Shown piece by piece: positions 1 to 12,499 of a stretch of DNA of 64,000 nucleotides. The notes under the pieces were generated by a model, which was not told the DNA's origin, did not search any database, and was given only the letters and a program-made list of their open reading frames with translations. The stretch spans positions 35,402,001 through 35,466,000 of the forward strand of contig NC_043007.1 in NCBI RefSeq assembly GCF_006345805.1. Reading direction: 5' to 3'. The translations under genes and the position numbers were made by a program. Each line of letters opens with the position of its first letter. Position 1 is the first letter of the stretch. The stretch comes from Octopus sinensis. Its lineage: Eukaryota.

Positions 1-136
1 ATAAGTAATTTTTTTATGAAACATAACTAGCCCAGGAACCATTTGATATACGAGGAAAGTGATCAAGAATTCTGAACAAGTCACCACATATTGTTATTAT
101 ATATTATTAAAAACATTAAATTATATTAAAAACTGT

Positions 137-423
137 GGAGGCGCAATGGCCCAGTTGTTAAAGCAACGGACTCGCGGTTGGAGGATCGCGGTTTCAATTC
201 CCACACTGGGCATTGTGTGTGTTTATTGAGCGAAAACACCTAAAAGCTCCACAAGGCTGCGGCAGAGGGGAGTGGCAACCCCTGTTGTACTCTTTCTCTC
301 ACTCTCTCTTCCTGTTTCTTTAGTAACGCTGAGATGGACTAGCGTCCCTTCCAGCTGGGGGTACACATACGCCACAGAAACCGGGAAATCGGGCCCATGA
401 ACCTGGCTAGGCTTGAAAAGGGC
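137..423 (+). mobile_element. tRNA-derived SINE, family 3 (GGAGGCGCAATGGCCCAG head)
   Basis: tRNA-like A box (TGGCCCAGTTGTT) and B box (GGTTTCAATTCCC). A second homologous copy at 22812-23110 ends in the same CTTGAAAAGGGC. Confidence 0.8.
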
Positions 424-434
424 AAAAACAATAT

Positions 435-917
435 ACTCTTTTACTTGTTTCAGTCATTTGACTGCGGCCATGCTGGAGCACCGCCTTTAATCGAGCAACT
501 CGACCCCAGGACTTATTCTTTTTTTGTAAGCCCAGTACTTATTCTATCGGTCTCTTTTGCCGAACCGCTAAGTGACGGGGACATAAACACACCAGCATCG
601 GTTGTCAAGCAATGCTAGGGGGACAAACACAGACAGACAAACATACACACATACATATATATATATATTATATATATATATATATAATATTAATTAGAGA
701 CAAAACCACTATTATGCAAATCAAACAAAGAAAGACTTAATCCAATACATAAAAAATTTTATATAAATTAAATATAATTAAGATTAATGATTTGCATAAT
801 AGTGGTTTTGTCTCTAATTAATATTATATTATATTTTACTATAAAATTGGATTCAATCCTAAATCTGATTTTTCCCTGTAAATTTGGATTTATTCCCTAA
901 TATTTATTATTATTATT

Positions 918-963
<46 letters not shown>

Positions 964-1119
964 TACGACGGGCTTCTTTCAGTTTCCGTCTACCAAATCC
1001 ACTCACAAGGCTTTGGTTCACCCGAGGCTATAGTAGAAGACACTTGCCCAAGGTGCCACGCAGTGGGACTGAACCCGGAACCATGTGGTTGGTAAACAAG
1101 CTACTTACCACACAGCCAC
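435..1119 (-). mobile_element. Dimeric tRNA-derived SINE, family 1 (possibly the octopus Twin-type SINE), with expanded AT linker
   Basis: Reverse complement of the 7919-8310 and 40225-40632 copies. Right monomer 435-640, left tRNA/CORE-like monomer 966-1119, and a palindromic insert in the (TA)n linker. Confidence 0.85.
691..820. repeat. Short fold-back element in (TA)n
   Basis: TAATTAGAGACAAAACCACTATTATGCAAATCA at ~691-723 with its reverse complement at ~788-820. Confidence 0.75.
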
Positions 1120-1712
1120 TCAAAAATTTGTTTTCTCGTGCTTTCTAAAAGAAAACATTTGCAAGACATCTATTTCTCAAGGGTTTCCTCGTCAGAAACA
1201 CTTTTACTCTTCGTGTATCTGCTTAATAATAATTCTCTATACGTATAGAAGTCTTCTTCAGTTCCAGATGCGTAGTAGATCACGTTTGTGCCAGATTTAG
1301 GGTGTTGTATTGCAAGTTATGTTGTAGATTAGGAAAGCATTGCTTGGGAAAGCATGTCTACACTCAACGCATGAACAAAAGACAACCGTTTCTTGTTTTC
1401 AAGGACATCCGCCAACAATAGATGTCTGGTTTTAACTAAAAATAGAGCTGAATATACATGACAATAGAGCTTCCCAGCAGTGAACGATAACTTACCATTA
1501 CAGAGTACAGATAAAAAGAACGGCCGCCAATTAGAGACAATGTCAGCCTTCCATTTACCATGGACCATTCATTATTGTTAATAAACACACAAAGAAAACA
1601 CTAACAAACAAAACAAAACGAATTACAGAAAATGTTCTTTGTTTATAAAGTAGAAGGTATTTTATACATGTGCCTCATGGAAGATGTACTTCGAAACAAA
1701 CTTGAACTTGTA

Positions 1713-1830
1713 GGCGCAGGCGTGGCTGTGTAGTAAGAACATTGCTTTCCAACTACAGGATTCCGGGTTCAGTTCCACTGAGTGAAACCTTAGGCAAATG
1801 ACTTCTACTATAGTCTCAAGCTGACAAGGC
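1713..1830 (+). mobile_element. SINE family 1 head fragment
   Basis: GGCGCAGGCGTGGCTGTGTAGTAAG...GGGTTCAGTTCC, followed by (ATGT)n/(AC)n/(AT)n/(AG)n at 1842-2022. Confidence 0.75.
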
Positions 1831-1942
1831 CTGAGACTATAATGTATGTATGTATGTATGTATGTATGTATGTATGTATGTATGTATGTATGTATGTATG
1901 TATGTATGTATGTATGTATGTATGTATATACACACACACACG

Positions 1943-2024
<82 letters not shown>

Positions 2025-2179
2025 GTGAGAGAGTTGCTATGGGAAAGCACGTGGTTGGATGTATAAAAGAAAAAAGAGTGAAAAAACTACAGAAGGCTTA
2101 TGTTATATAGTCAAAGAATATATTTAAATCGTTATGTTAGAAAACTGTTATAAAATTTTGCTTATAGTAACAGTTTTTG

Positions 2180-2218
2180 GAGAAATAACCGGTTTCGTGT
2201 GTTCTTTTCAAATTTCTC
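2180..2218 (-). ncRNA. Degenerate minimal hammerhead ribozyme motif
   Basis: GAGAAAT-TTGAAAA-GAACACAC-GAAA-CCGG-TT-ATTTCTC: 7-bp stem I, decayed CTGANGA core, GAAA, palindromic ACCGGT stem III. Confidence 0.6.
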
Positions 2219-2960
2219 AAATTTCTTTACCTATATCATGTCATGTCTTCGCAATGTTGTGAAATACAGAGTTCCAGCCAGGGGAAGATAATCATGGATT
2301 TTTTCCGGATTAAGGGAGATAATAAAAAAAGTTGGGAATGACTAGGTTTTATTAATTTAACATGATTTGGTTTAGAAGGAATAGGATGTTACAAGTCGTT
2401 AGGTTTTGCTTTATTTTTTTTTTCTCAATGAGGTGAGTTTCCTTATTTAAAAATGTTAGAAATGGTTAAGTTTTGGCTTATATTTTTGAACGAAGAAGGT
2501 TTCCTTATTTAATCTAACTTGTGTTGGTGTTCCAATGGCTCATTGATAGAATGGAAAGATTACAAATTGTGGTAGCATTTGCTTTGCGCATTTCTCAGTA
2601 TGTCCACTAAAGGGCATCATTCTGTATTCTGGGAATACAATCTGCTGTCGATGCAAAGTGCATCTGCGCCTGAGTAATAATCCCGTGGACTCGATGTAGT
2701 TTTGGTGGCAGCCTGAGCATCTTATAACATAAATCAGGTTTACTGAAGCACAAGTAAAGTCACATTTGATTTTGAATTTTTATCCCTCTTTGAAAAGGAA
2801 TTCTGATCCTTCTAGAAAGTCTGGGCATGTTGCACAATTTGGTCTACCACATTTTTTCACTTTTGCACCCGTTATTTTAGAAAATAATTTTGCCTTTGTG
2901 AGGATCTTTTTTAGTGAGTTCGGTGGTTTGTAGCTTTTAATGATTTTATGTATGTGTAAA
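2180..2960 (-). mobile_element. Penelope-like element 3' fragment (GIY-YIG endonuclease pseudogene plus 3' UTR)
   Basis: Manual minus-strand translation gives KCGRPNCATC...FTCASVNLIYVIRCSGC...YIESTG...RRRCTLHRQQI...RLNKETFFVQKYKPKLN with stops and a frameshift, typical of the PLE GIY-YIG domain. Confidence 0.85.
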
Positions 2961-3437
2961 ATTTCCTTTAATTAGAATAAATACTAGGCTTACAAAGAAT
3001 AAGTCCTGGGGTCGATGTGTTCGATCATATTGATAGGATTTAGGTAAGTATAACATATTTTTTTCTACAATTATATTTCTAAAAATCAGTGTATGTCTTC
3101 CACAATGCAGCGTCTGTCATGCCGTAAAATACAGTTGATGTGCATGTGTGCGTGCGTGAGCGGACACACGTCTGGGAAATATTGAGTTGCCGAATACACA
3201 AATCATTGAAAACAGGTTTTAGCAGTCTGTGAGCTTTGTGAAAATATTTTTATTGTCATGAAAGGAAGAATAATCTGGTCATTTCCATGTCAGTGAAAAG
3301 AAGTTGTACAAACATAAAGTTCAAAATATTTCAAAGAACGACAAAGAAATCAAGGTAACCAATCCACACAGACTCACAGGGGGGTTGGGAGAGATGTGAG
3401 AAAGAGAGAGAGATGGGAGAGAGAGAGAGAGAGAGAG

Positions 3438-3520
3438 TATTTCTTTATTCACCATAAGGTTGAGAAAAAGAGGGGACAATACGGGGACAGACAAAACAAA
3501 CGTTGGGGTCAGGGTATCAG
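3438..3520 (-). mobile_element. Tx1-B LINE short 3'-terminal fragment in (GA)n
   Basis: TATTTCTTTATTCACCATAAGGTTGAGAAAAAGAGGGGACAA is identical to the 3' end at 57097. Flanked by GA repeats on both sides. Confidence 0.75.
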
Positions 3521-3571
3521 AGTGTGGTGGTTCGAAGGGAGGTGGGAAAGAGAGTAAGAGTGAGTGAGAAA

Positions 3572-3609
<38 letters not shown>

Positions 3610-3644
3610 CAGACAGAGGTATATTTAGTCAACCCGAACAGATA

Positions 3645-4140
3645 TAGTTAGTTAGTTAGTTAATTTGGCTCAAAAGCAAATAGCAAGGCCATGTAGGGGG
3701 ACATGGAGTTAAGTACAGGGTGGTGTTCATGTAGAGTTCAGGCCACTTGAGGTCAAGGGAGGCTTTGAACAAAGCGGTCGTCGGCATCTTCACCATCTCC
3801 GGTATCTTCACCAACTCGTCTGGCAGCTTGTTCCACGGATCCGCAACCCGGACGGAGAAAGCTCCTCTCCTTCGATTGAGATGAAATCGTCGCAGGTAGA
3901 GCTTTTCGGAATGACCCCGCAGCCGACGCTCTGGAGCAGGAGTGAAGAACAGCTCTTTCGAGAGGTTACACTTTCCGCTTATGCTGTTGTGGGCGAGAAT
4001 GAGATCACCACGGCGGCGGCGTTTTTCAAGAGAATAAAGGTCGAGCGTCCTCAGCCTTTCTTCGTAGGACAAATTTCATATAGATATGAAAGACCACAAA
4101 AAGTGCCTCTTAATCTAGTGGTTCCCAAATAGACAACTAC
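3645..4140 (-). mobile_element. CR1/L2-type LINE 3' fragment
   Basis: ORF 3656-4072 SYEERLRTLDLYSLEKRRRRGDLI...RGHSEKL...FSVRVADPWNKLP is the characteristic CR1/L2 ORF2 C-terminus. (TAAC)n tail at ~3646-3662. Confidence 0.9.
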
Positions 4141-4384
4141 CATCCACCACCCAGATATAAATGAAATATTTTGGTCTACCCTTCCTTATTTATGAGACGA
4201 AAAAGAAGAGACTCCATCTATATAATTCTTCCTTCCATGAGCCCTACATTCTCTGAACTATGTCTATGAAAAACATCCTAATATATTCAACATAACTCTT
4301 TATACGAACTCCTTTTTCAGTTTCCATGGCAGCCCCCTTTTAACCTTGGAGGATTTCATTCTTCCTCATAAGAAGTACTGTCTA

Positions 4385-4830
4385 TATCGTTTACTTGTTT
4401 CGGTTATTGGACTGCAGCCATGCTGGGAAACAGTCCTAGAGAGGTTTAGCCGAACGAATCGACCTCAGTACTTAATTTCAACGCTTGTACTTAGTCTATC
4501 GGTATCTTTTGCTGAACCGCTAAGTCACGGGACATTAAAAACTCAGCACCGGTTGTCAAGCGGTGAGAACAAACACAAACTGAGGGGAAAAACACGAAGA
4601 CATACATGCGAGTATACACCCCATCACACACACACACACACACACTCACACATACACATTTAAAACAAATCGTCCAGTCCAGGAATCGAAACTACAATCT
4701 AGCATAAGTCTGACACCCTAACCAATAAGCCAGACGACACCGTACTTGTCCGAGGTGTCACACAGTGGGGCAGAACTCAGTGTCGTGTTGTTGCAAAGAC
4801 AGCTTTTTTTAACTTCACAGCTATGCTTGC
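4385..4830 (-). mobile_element. Degenerate SINE family 1
   Basis: Diverged right monomer 4385-4570 and head remnant ~4740-4830. Confidence 0.6.
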
Positions 4831-4902
4831 GCTTTTGCATCAGCATTTTTTACCCCCTGAAAAAAAAAGCTTGTGACAAGGCTGGCCCTTTGAAATGTGC
4901 TT

Positions 4903-4942
<40 letters not shown>

Positions 4943-4987
4943 CGTGTGCTTTTATTGGCTAAACTGGCAAAATGACCATTCCTAAAT

Positions 4988-5017
<30 letters not shown>

Positions 5018-5018
<1 letters not shown>

Positions 5019-5465
5019 CAAAATAAGAAAATGGAAGAATATATTTTAATCAATTATATAGGAACATCCAAATCAAACATAATAATACAGAATAAAACAG
5101 TACACATCAATGAGTAATATAATACCATAAGAACAATACATATAAATAAATATAATAATATAAATATAAAATGGATCTTACAGCTGTTTCACCCATGTAG
5201 ATAAGAATATCTCATTATGCTCACATTAGCCAGATGTATTAAGGTAATATGTGGTTATAAGTGAGATACTTATGTATATATCCCAAGGTCTCTTCAGAGA
5301 TTATAAAGTACAGTTACAGAGGTATAAAATGAAGTTATAAAGTGCAAATATGAATTTTAGAGAAGGTACACATAAACAAGAATAAGTACATATACATATA
5401 TACACATACATATAAGTATATTTTATACCTCTGTAACTGTACTTTATAATCTCTGAAGAGGCCTT

Positions 5466-5523
<58 letters not shown>

Positions 5524-5824
5524 AGTATCGCACTTATAACCACATATTACCTTAATACATCTGGCTAATGTGAGCATAATGAGATATTCTTATCTACATG
5601 GCTGAAACAGCTGTAAGATCAATTTTATATTTATATTTATTTATATTTATTTATATGTATTGTTCTTATGGTATTATATTACTCATTGATGTGTACTGTT
5701 TTATTCTGTATTATTATGTTTGATCTGGATGTTCCTATATAATTAGTTAATAAATTATATCAATTGGTATTATCTAGTAGTTGATGATTGATTAAAATAT
5801 ATTCCTCCATTTTCTTATTTTGTA
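5018..5824. repeat. Fold-back element with two inverted hammerhead-containing arms
   Basis: Arm 5018-5330 is the reverse complement of 5419-5824, apart from a (TA)n expansion and an indel. Each arm has CTGAAGA...GAAACAGCTGTA. Confidence 0.85.
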
Positions 5825-6030
5825 TTATGAATTTGAGGTAAAATATTTTACCTTCACCCATATAATACAATAAATGAATTAATTGCATTGCAATTCTTAG
5901 CATTTATGTATTAGCATTTCTGGGTGCTTTACTGGCCGCTGGCAGTATATTGGATAAATGTTATCCCATAGAGGGTTACACTCACAACCCCTATCTCACT
6001 TTGTAACTTATATATATATATATATATATA

Positions 6031-6173
<143 letters not shown>

Positions 6174-6176
6174 GTA

Positions 6177-6660
6177 TATACAGGGTGTTGAGGCTGCAAG
6201 TTTGAAAGTTTGCATAAAAGGAAATGAAAACACATCTTATTCAAAAATGAAGTATTAAAAAAAATCAAAAATGTCAACTAGATTATGGCTGGGAAATAAC
6301 AGTTTACTCAAAGTAGCCGCCCTCTGCTTTTACCACAGTCTCAAACCCTAACCCTTACCCTAACCGGGAACCTGGCGCATGTGTTCTTTACTACATTCCT
6401 GGGAAGATCTTCGAACACCGCCTTGATTTTGGTCAGCAGCTCGGTGGTCGAAGATGGATAGAGCGGTTTGTGTCTTTTCCAACCACACTCCCACACATAG
6501 TAACCCATAAGATTAGAATTGTGAGGCCAGAAATTAGTGGAGACGTAGAAATTTTCCGACAACTCCAACTGTTTCCGGAGGTACGACCAGGAACCGAATC
6601 CTGCTGCCACACATATGTCTACGTTTTCTATGACACATGAAACAATTAGCAAAAACATGG
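6177..6660 (-). mobile_element. maT/DD37D Tc1-mariner transposase 3' fragment with right TIR
   Basis: ORF 6341-6658 FWPHNSNLMGYYVWEC...TELLTKIKAVFEDLPRNVVKNTCARF. End TA-CAGGGTG at ~6177. Confidence 0.75.
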
Positions 6661-7089
6661 TACATACGTGTTACCACAGTCATACACTCGATTGGATATA
6701 TCGGCGGATTATACTGTAGTATACTTATGACAAGAACTTTATTTATGCGACTGGTGAGAATTTTATGCCGTAACAGTTGTTGAAAAGCGAACAGGTGTCA
6801 TGTGGGAGTTTAACTGCTCGAAATGACTGAACAATGGAGACTAACAATCAACTAACTGGTACCACAAAGTGTCAACTGTGAGAAGAAAATAAAGCAAAAC
6901 AAAAACATGTATGTATGCCTGTGTAGACTTGTTCTGATATCAATGAATTAAGTGAAATCATCGCTGAATTCATTTGAAAAGCTGAATACGTGGCGTTTAA
7001 AGAGCATCGCTTTTATAATTTATTAGAGACGTGAAAGAGGAAATCCCGTAAGAGCTATAAATGATATCGGAAAACTTGCCATAGCAGTT

Positions 7090-7705
<616 letters not shown>

Positions 7706-7918
7706 GCAGAATGGAGTTCGGACTGAGAATGTGTGCTGTGTTAGTCTTGAAGAGAGGCAAAAATCAAATGTATGGACGGGCTAACGATACCGTCGGGGGA
7801 AAATTATGAAGCAGAAAGAAGAGACAGGCTGTAAGTACTTGGGGATTTTGGAAATGGATAAATTGATGGAGAAAGATATAACAGAAAAATTTAAGGTAGA
7901 GTACATGGGTAGAGTACA

Positions 7919-8310
7919 GGCGCAGGAGTGGCTGTGTGGTAAGTAGCTTGCTAACCAACCACATGGTTCCGGGTTCAGTCCCACTGCGTGGCATCTTGGG
8001 CAAGTGTCTTCTGCTATAGCCCCGGGCCGACCAATGCCTTGTGAGTGGATTTGGTAGACGGAAACTGAAAGAAGCCTGTCGTATATATGTATATATATAT
8101 GTGTGTGTGTGTTTGTGTTTGTCCCCCTAGCATTGCTTGACAACCGATGCTGGTGTGTTTACGTCCCCGTCACTTAGCGGTTCGGCAAAAGAGACCGATA
8201 GAATAAGTACTGGGCTTACAAAGAATAAGTCCCGGGGTCGAGTTGCTTGACTAAAGGCGGTGCTCCAGCATGGCCGCAGTCAAATGATTGAACAAGTAAA
8301 GAGTAAAGAG
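7919..8310 (+). mobile_element. SINE family 1, full dimer
   Basis: tRNA-like head, CCTTGGGCAAGTG CORE-like body, TA/TG linker, and right monomer ending CAAGTAAAGAG. Confidence 0.9.
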
Positions 8311-8683
8311 ACTGAGACTGATCCTTAAGTCGAAATTAAACGGACGGAATAAGATTGAATGTATCAACACCTGGGCGGTTTCACTCCTTAGATATGGAAC
8401 AGGAATAATCGCATGGACAGTAGACGAACTAAACAGCTTAGACAGAAAGACAAGGAAGTTGCTAACTAGATGTGGGTCACTCCACCCAAAAAGTGACACA
8501 GACAGACTGTATGTACCAAGAAAAAGAGGAGGAAGAGGACTTATTGGATGCGAACACAGCATCAGAGCAGAAGAAATCAACATAGCATGGTATGTAAAAA
8601 TATGCCACAGAACCGCTATTATTAGAAGTAAGGCCAGGTTTGTGTAGGATGAAAGATCAATAATAATAATAATAATAATAATA

Positions 8684-8714
<31 letters not shown>

Positions 8715-8791
8715 TATTAATACTAACAATGATAATGATGATGATTATGATGATGATGATGATGATGAGGAGGAGGAGGCGGATGATGATT

Positions 8792-8829
<38 letters not shown>

Positions 8830-9336
8830 AATAATAATAATAATGATGATGATGATGATGATGATGATGAGATGATGATGATGATGATGAAATCTCTTAC
8901 GTCTCTAATAAATTATAAAAGCGATGCTCTTTAAACGCCACGTATTCAGCTTTTCAAATGAATTCAGCGATGATTTCACTTAATTCATTGATATCAGAAC
9001 AAGTCTACACAGGCATACATACATGTTTTTGTTTTGCTTTATTTTCTTCTCACAGTTGACACTTTGTGGTACCAGTTAGTTGATTAGTCTCCATTGTTCA
9101 GTCATAACAATTGTTCATAAATTGAAAACGAATGAAACTGAAAATTGGTAGGTAAAGAAAAGAATGCAGGGTCAGTTTCATAGAGATGTTGAAGATAGGA
9201 CAGAGAGAGTAAAAAGATGGCTGTGGATGACTAAAAGTGATTTAAAACCGGAAACGGAGGCTCTAATCATTGCTGCCTAAGAGCAAGCACTAAGGACAAA
9301 CAACGAGAAAACAAAATGCAGAAGGGACAACACAGC

Positions 9337-9912
9337 AGAAAGTGATAAGTGCAGAATCTGTGGACAAAAAAGAAAGTGATAAGTGCAGAATCTGTGGACA
9401 AAAAAGAAAGTGATAAGTGCAGAATCTGTGGACAAAAAAGCAAGTGATAAATGCAGAATCTGTGGACAAAAAAGCAAGTAATAAATGCAGAATCTGTGGA
9501 CAAAAAAAGAAAGTGATAAGTGCAGAATCTGTGGACAAAAAAGAAAGTGATAAGTGCAGAATCTGTGGACAAAAAAGAAAGTGATAAGTGCAGAATCTGT
9601 GGACAAAAAAGAAAATGATAAGTGCAGAATCTGTGGACAAAAAAGAAAGTGATAAATGCAGAATCTGTGGACAAAAAAGAAAGTGATAAATGCAGAATCT
9701 GTGGACAAAAAAGAAAGTGATAAATGCAGAATCTGTGGACAAAAAAGAAAGTGATAAATGCAGAATCTGTGGACAAAAAAGAAAGTGATAAATGCAGAAT
9801 CTGTGGACAAAAAAGAAGTGATAAATGCAGAATCTGTGGACAAAAAAGAAAGTGATAAATGCAGAATCTGTGGACAAAAAAGAAAGTGATAAGTGCAGAA
9901 TCTGTGGACAAA
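9337..9912 (+). repeat. 34-bp minisatellite, ~17 copies
   Basis: Unit GAAAGTGATAA(G/A)TGCAGAATCTGTGGACAAAAAA, derived from the Dong CCHC coding sequence. Confidence 0.95.
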
Positions 9913-10624
9913 AAGGAATAAATGAAAGCATACATAACATGCAGAATTATTTTCAGGTCACACATACATCATGCAAATTCACATGCAGCTTGCGCACCCA
10001 CCATGATGCCCCTCATGTATCTCACGATTACATCATGCGTAACTGCTTGCTGATGGTACATAGCTACACAGTACATTCTGACGGGTCAAGACTGATTTTG
10101 CAACTGTAACATTTACTCTTTCTCAGTTAATATTTATCATCCACTACTTTTGTGTGCATGTGTGATAAACATATTTTCTGTGCATTATATTCTGGATATC
10201 GATAGTAACGTGTGAAAGTATATGTACATTTTATAGCGGTCGATAAAGCCTTTCACATTTAAATTGATTTACCGCCTTGTAGAGGATATGAATAAATCTA
10301 ATCTAAGTGGTGTCGTGCATTAATACATATTCTGGTCGAATTTATGATTCTCTTCCTCCCACTCCCCTCTCGCTCTGTTTGTCTGTCTGATTGTCTCTGT
10401 CTGTCTGCCTGTCTTCCTCATTCCGTTGGAAATATAACATACATGCATCTCATTCTTTCTCTTTCTATCTCTCTCTTCCTCTCTCCCACTCTCTCTCTCT
10501 CTCCCCCTCTCACTATATATATATATGTGTGTGTATACATACATATACATATATACATTTATACATATATACATATATGTGTGTATATGTGTATATATAT
10601 GTATGTGTGTGTATATGTTTGCGT

Positions 10625-11060
10625 GTCTGTGTTTGTCCCCCCAACATCGCTTGACAACCGATGCTGGTGTATTTACGTCCTTGTAACTTAGCGGTTCGGT
10701 AAAAGAGACCGATAGAATAAGTACCAGGATTCCAAAGAATAAGTCCTGGGGTCGATTTGCTCGACTAACGGCGGTGCTCCGGCATGGCTGCAGTCAAATG
10801 ACTGAAACAAGTAAAAGGGTAAAAGATTATATATATATATATATGTGTGTGTATGTGTGTATGTATTTATACACACACACATACACACACTCACACACGC
10901 ACACACACATATATACGCGACGGCTTTTTTTCAATTTTCATCTAATAGATCTACTCGCATGGTTTTAGTAGCTCCACAGCTCCAGTAGAAGACATATTCT
11001 CGGGTGCCACGTAGTAGGACACAACCCCAAACCATGCGACCGGGAAGCAACTTCTAGAAC
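10625..11060. mobile_element. SINE family 1 fragments
   Basis: Right monomer on + (10625-10830) and degenerate left monomer on - (10915-11060). Confidence 0.7.
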
Positions 11061-11516
11061 ACAAACACATGCACGTTTCAAACAAGTATCTTCCTGACAT
11101 TTTCATTACGTATGTGGAATACAAAGCTATATAATTCTAGTAAATTTCATTTCCAAAACCATGTCCGGGAAACGCAGTTGAAATTATTACTGCTCTAAAA
11201 AGCAACGAAGCATTTCTTCGAGTGATACATTAGATAGTCAAAATAGGCTATTTCTATCTCTTTGTTCGATGGAAAGTCACCGTATCTTTGGCAAAGTACA
11301 AGCATATCGCTTTTCCTCTTGAACACGCCTCTATAATGGATTATGACATGCTGGTGAGAGCCCGATACTTCGTTTACAAAGCACTTTCTTCTCCTGGTAC
11401 CATTGACTACAATATCTGTCTGTTTATACTTGATCATCCTACATATTGATTAAGGAATGTTCATGAGAGATTTTTATTTATATATTTATTTTAAACAAAA
11501 AAAAAACTACAACAAA

Positions 11517-12420
11517 TTAATCAGTAATATACTCTCTGTTGTTGTTTACGACTTCTCGTCGTTCAATAAGTTTTTCGATGCCTCGGCGATAGAAATCTCC
11601 CGGTCTTGACTCAAATAATTCGTCCAACCAAGCCCTCAATTCCACGCCATTATTGAACGATACACTGCGCAAAGCGTTCGAAAGCGAGAGAAAGAGATGA
11701 AAATCTGACGGTGCTAAGTCTGGAGAGTATGGAGGATGAGGCAGCACTTTCCATTCGAGTTCTTGAATCGCAGCTCTGGTCATATTGGCGATGTGAGACG
11801 GGCGTTGCCGTGTTGCAAAAGAGCGCTCTTTCGCCTATTCGGTCTATTTTGCTGAACTGCTTCGCTGAGTTCGTGCGGTTCTTGAACGTAGAGTCCCGCA
11901 TTAAGTGTTTGGTTGTACTCAAGCAGTTCGTAATGAATTATGCCTTTCCAGTCCCACCATACACACAACATGATCTTTTGAGGATCAAGGTCTTGTTTTA
12001 TTCGCGGAGTCGCTTGTTTGCCGGGGTTGAGTCATTCTTTTCGCTGCTTCATTTTGACGTAAAGGTACCATTTTTCATTACCAGTAACAATGCGGTAAAC
12101 AAAAAAAAAAACGTTGTTTGTAACCATGTGTTGAGCAATGTCGAGCCAGCAAACTGGCGGCGATCGTGGAGCGTTGATTTTTGTTGTTTTTACTCAAAGT
12201 ATGTGGCACCCAAGCGCCGAGTTTCTGAACCTTGCCCGTCGAGTGCAGCTGACTCACCACAGTTTTTTTTTTTATATTACAATCCATTTTCGCCTCCAAT
12301 TTTCTAGTTATTTGATGTGGATTTTCGTAAAGATGTTCATTCAGTAACTCTTCATTGAGCTCAGTTGGCCGACCGGTGTTTGATCCGTCCTTGAGAACTT
12401 AATTTTGTAGTCCTACTACG
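11517..12420 (-). mobile_element. mariner (DD34D) transposase pseudogene
   Basis: LGAWVPHTL, MLCVWWDWKGIIHYELL, LQHGNAR and HPPYSPDLAPSDFHLF motifs across frameshifted ORFs. TIRs not identified. Confidence 0.92.
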
Positions 12421-12499
12421 AATATTTTGTAATAGTTTCCTTGTTTCATAAAACTTTTTACCACATCTGTATTTGTGTATGTGAGTGTGTATGCGTGTC

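Larger units (their letters stand above)
7706..9915 (+). mobile_element. R4/Dong-clade (RLE) LINE fragment, interrupted
   Basis: MEFGL.CAVL...KYLGI...INTWAVSLLRYG...HPKSDTDRLYVPRKRGGRGL (7706-8660), then KSDLKPETEALIIAA*EQALRT...ESDKCRICGQK (9106-9915). 5' junction in (TAA)n. Confidence 0.85.

Noticed and set aside
137-215. tRNA genes at SINE heads (also 7919, 19647, 22812, 40225)
   Set aside because: No complete cloverleaf, and each continues into a SINE body.
9267-9965. Cys/His-rich repetitive ORFs resembling a zinc-finger protein
   Set aside because: They are antisense or frameshifting readings of a 34-bp minisatellite derived from a LINE.
11195-11437. ORF KQTDIVVNG...KCFVNEVS resembling an RLE PD-(D/E)xK motif
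   Set aside because: Too degenerate to support a call without a profile search.
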